Shown piece after piece: positions 41,226 to 53,110 of a stretch of DNA of 64,000 nucleotides (the first letter of the stretch is position 1; each line of letters begins with the position of its first letter). The stretch is from positions 44,330,001 to 44,394,000 of the forward strand of contig NC_043000.1 of the NCBI RefSeq assembly GCF_006345805.1, written 5' to 3'. Under the pieces are notes generated by a model, which saw nothing but the letters and a program-made list of their open reading frames with translations, was not told the DNA's origin and did no database searches. This DNA comes from Octopus sinensis (lineage: Eukaryota). Position numbers and translations under genes: made by a program.

Positions 41226-41544
41226 CAGAGATGTACTTGCATAGCAAGTGACTTGATCTGAGATCGTGTGCTGGAACGAAAACAGTTGCAGCGTTGAAGG
41301 TGTTTATAAGCCATTTAAGAAACACACAAAAACCGTTAGATTCACTTCAACATTTAAATTTAATTTGTCAAAATATTTTCGTCGCTTTGAGACCGCGACC
41401 TGTTAGCACGATATTTTTGTCAGTGAACAGGTCGCGGTCTCAAAGCGACGAAAATATTTTGGCAAATTAAATTTAAATGTTGAAGTGAATGTAACGGTTT
41501 TTGTGTGTTTCTTAAATGGCTTACAAACACCTTCCACGCTGCAA
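41219..41544. mobile_element. Fold-back of a Penelope-type pLTR fragment (~119-bp inverted arms, 21-nt spacer)
   Basis: 41286-41404 is the near-perfect reverse complement of 41426-41544; carries a hammerhead-like motif. Confidence 0.7.
41416..41466 (+). ncRNA. Candidate minimal type-I hammerhead ribozyme with a G3:C8 core variant
   Basis: Stem I tttgtca/tggcaaa, core GTGAACA plus extra G, stem II gtcgc/gcgac, GAAA, palindromic stem III AATATT, predicted cut after 41459. Confidence 0.55.
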
Positions 41545-41559
41545 TATATATATACACAC

Positions 41560-41601
<42 letters not shown>

Positions 41602-41639
41602 GTGTATATGTGTATGCATGTATGTGTGTGTGTGTGCGT

Positions 41640-41857
41640 GTCTGTGCTTGTGATTGTCCTCCACCACTGCTTGACAACGAATGTTGGTTTGTTTACATCC
41701 CTGTCACCTAGTGGTTTGACAAAGAAAACAGATAGAATAAGTACAATGCTTACAAAAATAAAACTGGAGTTGATTCATTAAACTACAATTCTTCAAGGCA
41801 TTGCCCCAGCATGGCCACAGACCAATGGCTGGAAAAAGCAGAAGAATAAAAGAATAC
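41640..41857 (+). mobile_element. SINE 3' half (family of 49017-49428)
   Basis: gcttgacaac...gatagaataagtac...ccccagcatggccacag...gaataaaagaata. Confidence 0.8.
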
Positions 41858-41904
41858 ATTCTCTGCTTTGGTCTTATGTTCAAGGCATGAGAAAGCTTGA
41901 GTTT

Positions 41905-42188
41905 ACATGAGAAGGCCTAACAGACCTGGTAGAAACAGCAGCCAAATCTCCCTCAAATCACACCTTACTGTCTTATGTATGTATATATATATGAGCCAAT
42001 GAGGGGGACCTCTACATGGTAGCTAGACCTGGTAGAAATAGCAGCCAAATTTCCCCCAAATCACACCTTACTGTCTTATCTATGTATATATGTATGTATG
42101 AGCCTATGAGGGAGAACCCTACATGGCAGCTACACATGGTAGAAATAGCAGCCAAATCTCCCTCAAATCACACCTTACTGTCTTATCT
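41905..42188. repeat. Three tandem ~103-107-bp units
   Basis: tggtagaaa(c/t)agcagccaaat.tccc.caaatcacaccttactgtcttat at 41927, 42030, 42137. Confidence 0.9.
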
Positions 42189-42249
42189 TTCTGCTACTTG
42201 GATATAGGTGTTATATTCGTCGTAAAAAACTTTCCTGTCACACGCTCAC

Positions 42250-42693
42250 GCACACGCACACACACACACGCACCCTCACACACACACACACACGCGCACA
42301 CACACACACACACTCACACACACGCACGTTAGTTTACAATTTTATTTATATATTTGCGTGTATATGTGTGGAAAGAGGAAGTGGGAGGCAGAGTGAAAGA
42401 ATCACTCACTACAGTAAGTGAATTACTTTCATTTTATTCGTTGCCCACTGTGTGTGTGCGTTTGCGTGTGGTGTAAACCAGACTAAGAAAAGCATTTGAC
42501 ACACACACCAGAATGTGAGTTTTCTGTAAATTTTGCTTAATTGGAGTTTAAATTTTAAAAACTGGACGTGGCATGACGCGATGCATTGTACTCTTAAAAA
42601 TGCTAGGTAAATTGTAATTGAAGAAATCCTATATTGTAGATTTGTATAACTCCCAAAGGGAGGCAGATAAAATCTGCCTTTTATAATAAGAGA
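42250..42693 (-). mobile_element. Helitron-like element, 5' end only
   Basis: ...aggcagat-aaa-atctgcct hairpin then tttataataagaga|t terminus; 3' CTAG not found. Confidence 0.5.
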
Positions 42694-42719
42694 TTAAACA
42701 CATAATTATTCGTTTCAAA

Positions 42720-42925
42720 TTTTGGCAAAATCCCATCAATTTCAGAGGGGGTGTTAAGACGATCGCATCGACCCCAGTGCTCAACTGGTACTTATTCTAT
42801 TTCCCCAGAATGGATTAAATGCAAAGTAGAGCTCGGTGGAAATTGAGCTTTAAAAGTAAAGACAAACGAAATGTCTGCAAACATTTTACCCGGCATGCTA
42901 ACCATTCTTCCTGCTTACCGCCTTG
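42720..42925 (-). mobile_element. SINE copy (Meta-like family); another at 44290-44495
   Basis: gatcgcatcgaccccagtgctcaactggtacttatt...gcaaagtagagctcggtggaa. Confidence 0.75.
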
Positions 42926-43030
42926 AATATACATTTATTATAAACACACACATTTATAAATATGTAATGCTATGTTACAATCATATACATTATACAAAGA
43001 ACATTGATGTCAGATAGTTTCATTTTTCAG

Positions 43031-43108
43031 AATAGAGACATTTTCAGGTGTGGGCAATCATCTCTGAAGTGTCTGCAAAATGAATTACAAAGAATTCATC
43101 CAGGCTGA
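43031..43108 (+). CDS. Candidate phase-0 exon (NRDIFRCGQSSLKCLQNELQRIHP[G*])
   Basis: Strong acceptor gtttcatttttcag|; phase matches 38334; ends at TGA 43106-43108 or at an atypical AG|GCTGAGT donor. Confidence 0.45.
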   Translation, partial: NRDIFRCGQSSLKCLQNELQRIHPG

Positions 43109-45368
43109 GTGATTAAAGGGGAAAAAACCCAATATAATTGTTAAATGCTTAGAGACATTATTTTAGTGCAAGGGTAATCACACGCTCTCCATCAGATATC
43201 GTAAAACTCTTGGTATGCAAAATACTTAGAGGTTGGAATATATATGCACGTTAAGAGAGAAAGAGAATAAAATATGCGGAAAAATTGACCAAAATGTAAT
43301 TTTATAGTGACAAATACATAAACATGTCAATTACAATGGAATTTCCAGAAAGAGTCCTACATTAACGAGAGACAGAGCAAAGGAAGTAGAAATGTTGGCA
43401 TTATAGGTATAGTGCTCAACAAATTGATAAATTACAACTGTTGACTGTAATTCTAAGTCCTTACTTATAATACATGGTGTTCAGCAAGTATAGGTCCTCA
43501 ATTCCGTCTCATTTATTAAGGTTTAAATCTAATAAATGTATTCGTTGTTCCTTTTTATATATGACCGGAATATTATCCATTAAAAGTAAGTGATGTAAAG
43601 ATATTTAAAATCGAAATCAAGAATTTCTCGTCGCGTGTCCCTAGAAGTTATAATTTCCTGTGATAAGCAAACACGTTTATTGCATCATCGTCCAATTAGT
43701 GATAATTTAGCCTTGTCTTCCCACGTATAATTGAAAATCAAAATTGCGATATTCCCAGATATGTCATCCGTTTGCGTGCAACGGCAATTCCAGTAAATGA
43801 AGCCTGTCATTTAATATATAGTATTCTCAACGTGTTTAATACTTCTTTCATTATGCCTATGTTTGTTTTCCAAGTCCAAGTGCAATGGTGTTGTGAAGAA
43901 CAATGAGTTGGATGATTTCATATACACTATGACAACATTATTTTTGAATTCTCAGGCTAATCTCTTTGTCTGAGAGGGTAATAACCATTTTATGGCATGC
44001 TTTGCTTTTAACAACAGATAATAAAACAAGTTTTGGCAACACTGAGCTTCAGGATTTCACGGGTCTTTGAAATTACGCTACTGACACGTTTGATGGATTA
44101 TTAGATACGTTTTCTTCGAAATTGTTACTGCTTTTGCATGTCAGACACTTAATTCATACTCAAACCCTTTTTGTTCATTGAATATATTTGTCTCACTATA
44201 CTAATTTCAAATTATATACATGAGGTGGAAGAATGTATGTGAGAATATGTTTCCAATAAATTACTATAAATTCCCAGAATTGGTTTCAAATTTTGGTACT
44301 AGGCCAACATTTTCAGGAGAGGGGCCAGCCGATTACATTGACTCGTTTTCAAGTGGTTCTTATTTTATGAAGCAAGAAAGGATGGAAGGCAAAGTCAATA
44401 TCAGCGGAATTTTCACTCAGAAAATAAAAGGAGAAAATTCGGCACAGTATTACGCACGGCGTGCTAACGATTCTCCCAGCTTGCTTGCTGCCTTCGCAAT
44501 TCTTAATACTGGAATGTTTACTGATTTGCACTGTTTCATATTCTTATTATGAAAATCGGTTTGACTGAGATAAGAAATCCCTTTTGAAGTTAAAGGTGTA
44601 GACGGAGCGAAATCAGAATTTAAAAAATAGGTAGTACGAAATGTACCTAAAATGATTTAAAGCACTTCGCATAAAGCAAACATATAATACTAATATCAAT
44701 AAGAAAAAAATTTCAGTATTTTGTTGGGGATTTTTTTTTCATGCATATCGCTTTACCGATTGTTAATTATCTGACACTTTTTTTCTCTTACTTTCTCTCT
44801 CGGGCGCAAACTACTTATTAATATAGACTATTTCCTATACACAGTTCATTCTTTCTCTCATTCCTCATTCTTCTATTTTTTTTGTTGTTATATTTCCTTC
44901 GTATTAAGAAAGACATTGATGGTGCAGCAAGACAACACTTCAGTTATACAAAATAATCAGCTGCAAAGTATAAATATTTATACATTTGCATATATCTAAG
45001 TATACGTTATATTACATTACATTGCTACTACACAATGCCAGCCAATCAAACAAACTACTTATTTCCTGGAAACTGTCCAGATTTCGTGGTCTTCTTTTGC
45101 TAAGATATTTCGCTTAATTTCAATTGTAGTCTTCATTAAATATTTTAACTTTTCAAATAATTTTATCAAAATTACTAATTTATCGTAATCGATAATTTTT
45201 CATTATCAACATGTGTAGGTGTGTCTGCCTGTAAACACGCATGCACTAACATACCCTACCATATACATATATATATACATACACGCGGGTGTGGTGTTTG
45301 TTTGCTTTAGAATATATATATATATATATATATACATATGTATATATATATATATGTTTATATATATA

Positions 45369-45436
<68 letters not shown>

Positions 45437-46239
45437 GTTCATATATATTGTTATTATCATTAGTGGTGATTCTTAATTCAAATGCACATTAAATGGTATA
45501 GTTCAAATATAAGACCAATATCAAAACTGAAAAAAATTAGACGCTAATTTGTTTACAACTGACTCCATTTCCTTCTGTTTCTCTCGAATTATCTATGCGC
45601 TTTCTTATCTATGTATCTTGGGTACGCTGTTTATTTTGCTTATCTCACTTCAGCCTCTATATATACAACACTTGAATTATTCTTAACAGATTAAGAACGA
45701 AACAAAACGTCACTCGAATATATATATTAAATCTAAGATGCATTGTCACAAAATTTTGCACAGATCTAAATTATTAAATTGTTTGTCAGCTGTAAGCATA
45801 GAAAAAAGTTTATCTTCCAGTGTATCTTTTTTATTTCCACGCTCAACTCTCGGTAATTATATTTGTTTCGTTCTTTATCTTTGCATCTTTCATAGTCACA
45901 CATTTTATGTTTCTATATTTACTTGTAATTAATCTTAACAACATCGTTATGACAAGTATATCGTGAATACTCTTCGCCAGTGTATCATAGAAATATCCTA
46001 TATCAGATTTCAGTTATGGTTAATTATGTACAGCCACACCTGGGTCATAGCCTGTATTGTAAAGGATTACTGGCTTAAACAACATATATATCAATATTGA
46101 AGTTAAATGCCTATAGTGAAGAGGATTGCGCGGGTTTCTCATAACTAAGAAGAGGTGACTGATATAACACAGATAAAAGTAATAAGTGATATTTCCATTG
46201 ATATAAAGTCAATAGATAAATTTCAAGCTTATCAATCTT

Positions 46240-46345
46240 TGAATTCACATGTCCACACCCATCAGTATACAAGAAAGTATAGGCTCAAGGTTCAAGGAGC
46301 CACTTACTAAATACGTTTCGACTAAAAACATCTAATATTTGTAAA
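46240..46345 (+). mobile_element. Possible very old GIY-YIG (Penelope) remnant
   Basis: FEFTCP...RFKE-like words across a frameshift. Confidence 0.28.
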
Positions 46346-46943
46346 CCTATAACAATTGACAATGTTACCAATTCATAAACGTCGTCAATTATTTAGACAA
46401 TATGAAGGAATTCCAACAACGTTTCATGGTTCGCTACCTCAACAGATCCTACATAGGATCAAGTCTGGTTTCGGCCTCTATTCCTCTACCGTTTCCGACA
46501 TGTGACCCCAATCCTTTGGTGTTGAGTGTGATATTTCTTTCTCCATTTTTTCTTTTGTTCTTCGCTTTCTTCAATGCAGCGTTAAGGAATGTCAGTGGGA
46601 GAACGAGAGACCTGCCAAATTTCCTTTCAAATACTAACCGTAGGCTCCAGCTGCCAGCACCAACTAACTGTCACGTGACACTATATAAGCTTCAACTGTC
46701 CAATGAATGGGAAGGACGCGTAGTTTTGTTCCGCGCCCTCTCTAACACTACCTTTCAACAACACTGTTATGTTCGTTTCAGTTCCAGCAACCAGAGCCGA
46801 CCAGCTGTTTGTTGGTACACGCCTTCGAACCAGGAGGAGGAGGCGCAATGAACGAGATCGCTAACTTGGTCCACATGTCAATCAGCAATGCTGCATAAGT
46901 GCCAGCCAGCCTTGCCTAGCGACGCTATTTCTCAGTCGGCGTG

Positions 46944-48240
46944 TTATGGGTTTTGTGTCTTCTCCATTCGGCCATAATAGAAACTGGCTTTGTCGACAGC
47001 CTCCTGTATCCTCATTAGCTTTCTCAGCTCTGAGCTCGAAAATGCAAATCTTTTGAATAACGTCCCCATTTTCCTTTCACTTAAGCCTCTAGCCACAACT
47101 ACCATGTGGTAATGCTCGACAATCCATCCCTGTTCTCCGCGCTCTTCGATTAAACTTTGATACCTCTCCTCTTTCCGTTGTTCTGCATTAGCGATCTTCT
47201 CTTCCCATAGCACTGTCAGCTCTAGCAAAATTCCAATCTTCCGTTCTGTGTTCTGTACGATTAAGTTCGGTCTTTTTGTTATGAGTGGAAATATTAACGG
47301 TCTTTCTAAATCCACGGCCAACTCCCACTACCCCTTCCATCTTTCGCCTGCCTCGTATTCTTTATTTGAAGGCCTGGTATTATGTCCTTTTACCTCCTGG
47401 AGATGTATCTTCCCGCACTTTCCCATTTTTTGGTACGCTCCCCTGCTATACACCTCGATCTTTATTCTTGAGTGCTCCCTTAAGACATCGAGGATTTGAT
47501 TGTGACGCCATGTATATCTGTATATCTGCAGTTGACAGTCCATATCTCACAGTAGCTTTCTCTCCGCATCTATCAGTCATTTGTATGTTCTACCGGATTA
47601 AATTGACCGATGAAGATATAACGTCGAAGGTAGGCTTGATCAGTAAAGATGTCCATGCTTGTTCCTTCCATGAGATTCTGCGACTGACCACGGATTCCTC
47701 CCATCTCAGCCACTGTCCCTGTTGACTACATTGTACCAAATGTACATTTCGCCTTCTTTCTTCCTCCTTTCTCACTTCCTGTACCACTGCCTCTTTCATC
47801 TCTTTTACACTGTTTATGAAAAATGGCTTGAAATTGTGCAACCCTAGGCCGGCTCTTACTTCTTGCGCCGCTCCGTCTATATCTGCATGCATTACCTTTC
47901 TGATTGCGCTGTTTATTGCTTCTTCCGCATTCCATTCCTCCCTCTGTTCGTACCTATGGAGGGTTTTCTCGGATGTTCCGATCTTTCGAATACATTAGCA
48001 TCATTACTGTTCTTGCTTTCCTTGCCTTATATTCAATCGATGTCCTTGGTAGTTGCAGCTCGGGTTTTCCATATAGTGCAGTTGTATTCAGTGGTTTTGG
48101 AAGAACAAGCCATTTTCTGATAAACACACATCTTTGTTCCATCCTTTCTACTCTACTCCAGGCTACTTCGTACATTTGCAATGACCACATTATCCTTCGG
48201 TACAGTCCAAGTTGCAGTATCCAGCATTTGAATTAACCCG
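46944..48240 (-). mobile_element. HERO/NeSL-type RLE non-LTR retrotransposon, 5'-truncated relic
   Basis: WILQLGLYRRIMWSLQMYEV, IRKWLVLP, QQGQWLRWE, YTWRHNQIL, RPNLIV...ELTVLWEE...K..RY (PD-D/ExK RLE domain). Confidence 0.88.
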
Positions 48241-48269
48241 GTAATATTGTTCTGACAATTGCCAACAAG

Positions 48270-48985
48270 GCAACGATGTTGGTCCGCTGGAGAACATTCG
48301 TCCTCAGTCGCCTGGATTACTGTCCCCAGCTATGCTCACCCAAGAGTGTAACATTAACGGCGAACCTTAAAGGAACCCAGCGAAGCTTCACAAAGAAGAT
48401 CGTCTCATTGCAACAGCTCAGCTAATGGGAAAGGCTGAAGCAGGTAATACCCTACTCCCTGGAGCGAAGGCGGCAGATGTATGCAGTACTATATATCTGG
48501 AAGATCCTGGAACAAATTGAGCCAAATTTTGGCATTGAAATCTACACCAATGCCAGAACGGGTCGATGCTGCACAGTGCAAAATATCCCAGCAATTCCAT
48601 CACGCTTCAGTACCAGTTATTGCAACAGCTTAGGTTTCAGGGTCCCACAGCTTTTTAATATTCTCCTAAAGAGCCTGAAAGACCAACCAAGGGGATGTAG
48701 ATGCTTTGAAATCAGACCTGGATCTCTTCCTGTCGAGTGTGCCATATGAACTCGGCAATTACATTTGTTTCGTTCTTTATCGTTGTATCTTTCATAGTCA
48801 CATATTTAACGTTTCTATATTTACTTGTAATTAATCTTCACAACATCGTTATGACAAGTGTATCGTGCAAGAGGTGCAAATGACGGTAGTGACATCAAAC
48901 ACTATTCTTCACCAAGTACCACATATTAGAGGATGCTCTCAGTAATAACAGCATGGCAACAGCTCTGAGCTGAAACTATAATAAA
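48270..48985 (+). mobile_element. CR1-like LINE 3' fragment interrupted at 48749-48867
   Basis: SRLDYC, QRSFTKKI, WERLK..YSLERRR, NSLGFRVPQLFNIL; tail cagcatggcaacagctctgagctgaaact. Confidence 0.85.
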
Positions 48986-49016
48986 TAAATAAATAAATAA
49001 AGATATATATATATAT

Positions 49017-49230
49017 TACTCTTTTACTCTTTTACTTGTTTTCAGTCATTTGACTGCGACCATGCTGGAGCACCGCCTTTAATCGAGTAACTCGACCCCG
49101 GGACTTATTCTTTGTAAGCCCAGTACTTATTCTATTGGTCTCTTTTTTGCCGAACCGCTAAGTGACGGGGACGTAAACACACCAGCATCGGTTGTCAAGC
49201 GATGCTAGGGGGACAAATACAGTCACACAA

Positions 49231-49269
<39 letters not shown>

Positions 49270-49428
49270 TACGACAGGCTTCTTTCAGTTTCCGTCTACC
49301 AAATCCACTCACAAGGCATTGGTCGGCCCGGGGCTATAGCAGAAGACACTTGCCCAAGATGCCACGCAGTGGGACTGAACCTGGAACCATGTAGTTGGTT
49401 AGCAAGCTACTTACCACACAGCCACTCC
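49017..49428 (-). mobile_element. Full-length tRNA-derived SINE with an internal (CA/TA)n
   Basis: Reverse strand GGAGTGGCTGTGTGGTAAG (A box), GGTTCAGTCCC (B box), tail aagtaaaagagtaaaagagta. Confidence 0.92.
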
Positions 49429-49688
49429 TCTTATTATGGAAAATTCGAATTAACCGATACCTGGGTAGGAAATTCACATTAGAAAAAACACGGTTGAAGT
49501 TACGTGCCTAGGGCATAGATTACGTGCTTTCGTGTGGAAATTTGTATGTTTATTTAAAAAATATAAATATATGAAAGAATGGAGCTGAACGACGAATTAG
49601 CAAAATTTCTTTATTTTCGACATAGGAATATGCAGCCTCCGAAACATATGTCGAAAATAATTCTTTCATATGTTTATATTTTTAAAAC

Positions 49689-49728
<40 letters not shown>

Positions 49729-49732
49729 ATAG

Positions 49733-49902
49733 TGTCAGCTTGTTTATCGGGAGAGGATATCAATAGAAACTTACCAAAGACAGTCGGTTGGAATGAACAT
49801 TTAATACAAGATATACATCATTGTCATATACATAATAGACGCGCAAGCACACAATATGACACATTGATTTTGCCTGAAGATATGTCTGAGGCTAATACAT
49901 CT
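49733..49902 (+). CDS. Candidate phase-1 exon (SACLSGEDINRNLPKTVGWNEHLIQDIHH...SEANTS); may instead end at TAA 49929
   Basis: 65 open non-repetitive codons after ttgttatag|; donor TCT|gtagat. Confidence 0.45.
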
Positions 49903-50125
49903 GTAGATTGCTACGGCACTACCACTTAAATTCAGATGCAAATAATTGTGTTGATTGATCAAATACCATTTAACTCATTTTTGATCAGTGTCGTTGGCGA
50001 TGGGAAAATGGCATACTTAGCATATACGTAATACACGTGATTATCATTCAGGGATTCATTTATATTTATGTCTGAGTGTAATATCTTTTTTGTACGTGTA
50101 TGTATTATGTATGTATGTATGTGTA

Positions 50126-50257
<132 letters not shown>

Positions 50258-51458
50258 TGTTTGTTTTTTATTCGGTAAAACGTTATATCGCAAATTTTGT
50301 CAGTCGGAGGTTATAGTTTCAATCTATACGCACGGTAATAAAATTATTTTTAGCTTCTAATATTTTGGGGGTGTTTTTTTTTTTCATTCTTTGCACATTA
50401 CTCTCTGCCATAGTGGTTATATTCGTACGGATTTAACAATTTTAATATGAATTTATATCACTCTCCTAATCAGACAATGCTTACTTTAAGAATTCATAAG
50501 GTGTTCTTTAGCAATAGAGTCAAGAAACAATTTTCGCTCTGTGTATGGAATTGAATCTCCTTAAGTCACATGCCCACGTTTTTTTGTTTTGTTTTGCTGT
50601 TTGTCTTTCTTTGTATTATCTTTGACGAGGAAATTAATTCTTTGGTCCTTCCTTTCGATCTATACGACGAAGATTCATTACTGTCAGGATTCTGAAAATC
50701 GTAGTTAATTTCAAAAGCAAATTGAAATAGAAATATAACACTTCATTTCAAGTTACACTTTGGTCATAAAACACCTTCATGAAATAGAGTTTAAACCTTG
50801 TCATGTGTCTCACACCACTTGTTTGAATCTCACACAAGTCACCCTGGTAAAGATGACGGAACTAAAAAGAAATTACGAAATTCAGAGACTGCTAGCAAAA
50901 ATAGCACAAATAGAAAGCTTACAGAAATAGCAAACAATATTTTCTTCATATTATAAATATGACTGATTTACAGGAGTGTAACCTAGTATAATACTTGATG
51001 AATAATAAACAAAACAGAATAAGTGGAAAACTACAATAGTCTATGCAATTTGGAGAAAGGGAGAATGGGAGTAATACAAAAGCGAAGAAATGAAAAGATG
51101 TGTGAGGCCAAAAGGGAAACAATAACCTAGAGAGTTAAAGAATTAGAAAGGCGGAAACGATAGACTGGACAATATTTTATAGGTGAACATAAATCATTTC
51201 ATTTGTGAGACAATATTATAGTTGGCTTGCATGTGTTTCATGACTGATGGGTAGTGCTCCATGTATTTCCTTGCTCACTGTACATCGTTTATTTCTATCA
51301 ATCTTAAAAAATGTATGCATACATATGTGTGTTATCAATGTTTGCTGAATATACAGTAATGTAGGGAGCGTGGATTTAGTTAATAGCACCTGCAGTCACT
51401 TGTCATATAATACAACAGTCCGTACTAATACATCTGTAATAGAAGCTAATATCAACTC

Positions 51459-51532
<74 letters not shown>

Positions 51533-51852
51533 CGCAAGTATGGCCTGGAGATAACAAAATATTCCTACGAGCTCTTTAGTATCATATTTATATGAGAAAC
51601 ATGACATTTTTCCGAAAATATTACATAGTAGATAAACATTTATGAAAGGTGATACAAGAAATATTTTTGTTTTTATTCCTTGATATCATCACGCTGCAGG
51701 GATCACTTACTTAATTTCCCCTGATACCAAGGATGTTAAACAAAATTTTGTTTAAATACAAAAACACACATTTGTGTTTGTAAATGAGTGTGAGTATGTG
51801 TGCGTGCGCGCACGCGTCTGAATGTGTGCATGCATGTCTATATTTTGGCATA

Positions 51853-51907
<55 letters not shown>

Positions 51908-52085
51908 TATATATGCGTGTGTGATAACTATATGTAATATATATTATAATGATATCTATTTTCCGATTTGAATTGACAAATTTAAAATATAAATATTGAG
52001 TGAAAATTGAGGAACTAACCTCAGTAAGAATCGAACTCAAAAATCGACTATTTGTATACATACACACACATACACACACACACAC

Positions 52086-52177
<92 letters not shown>

Positions 52178-52204
52178 TATATATATATAATATATATATA
52201 TATA

Positions 52205-53110
52205 TTACTAGTTTCAGCTCATAAGCCGTGGCCATGCTGGGGTACTGTCGTTTTGCTACACTACTAGTATTGAGAGCGTCCTCTAATATGTGTCATTCGG
52301 TGAATAAGAGCGTTTGATGTCGCCGCTTTCATTTGCACCTCTTGCCGCAGTTAGGTTCATGTGAGGCTCTCAACAAGATGTCATATTTTGTTTTGAAACA
52401 ACTATATCGCAGGCCCTTTAGGAGAATATTAGATAGTTGTGGTCCTCTGAAACACAGGTAGTTGCTCTGACTGGTCTTGAAGCGTGATGGCATTGCTGAG
52501 ATCTTTGGCTCTTTGCAGTGTCGAACCATTTCACCAGTTGTATAGCTTTCAATGCTAAAATTTGGCACTATTTCTTCCAGGATCTTCCAGGTATATATTA
52601 CTACATAACGTAGTATTCGAGAAGCACAGATCCAAAATGTTATTCACCCAAGTTAGTATGAGCAGAATCTGCTCCATGAATAGGGCATTAGTGAGGTTGA
52701 GCAGAGACCTCACCTGTGCTTGTTTGCAATGAGGGATTCCTGAGAGCATGAGGCCTTCGGGATTAGACATTGGGGAAGTTGATATCACCCATAAGTATAC
52801 GCTCGCGTGGTTTTCCAGTTTCACGAGGATTTCTTTAATTCTTTTGAGGCAATCTCTAAGCTTGCCTATGTAGTTTGGAGTATACAGTGGGTGATATGTG
52901 TAGCATATGACAATATTGTGTTGTCTTGTGTATACAATTAGAATGGCACATATATAATTTGAGTATAACAGTAACACCTGGGGTGTGAGGTCTTCACTGA
53001 CGCATTCTGCAACTCCACCACGTTTCCTTTCCCTTCTGTCTTTTCGCACTATGGTATCTTTTGATACGTGTACTTCTGCATTCCCCATGTCAGAGTGCTT
53101 CATTGCATGC
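52205..53110 (-). mobile_element. CR1-like LINE with the APE domain joined directly to the post-RT tail (RT deleted)
   Basis: RKDRRERKRGGVA, EQILL...NNILDLCFSN (APE), then within ~60 nt PNFSIESY...FRGPQLSNIL and the CR1 3' tail. Confidence 0.85.

Noticed and set aside
46402-46851. 149-aa plus-strand ORF
   Set aside because: Spans a TE junction, no recognisable domain, no supporting splice structure.
48920-48975. Hammerhead-like ...gagga-gctctcag/ctgagc-tgaaac
   Set aside because: It is the ordinary CR1 3' tail, also present at 52205-52300; no intact core.
50630-50700. Exon candidate after a long pyrimidine tract (EINSLVLPFDLYDEDSLLSGF*)
   Set aside because: The phase-0 frame stops before any donor, so it does not supply the missing 0>2 exon as assembled.
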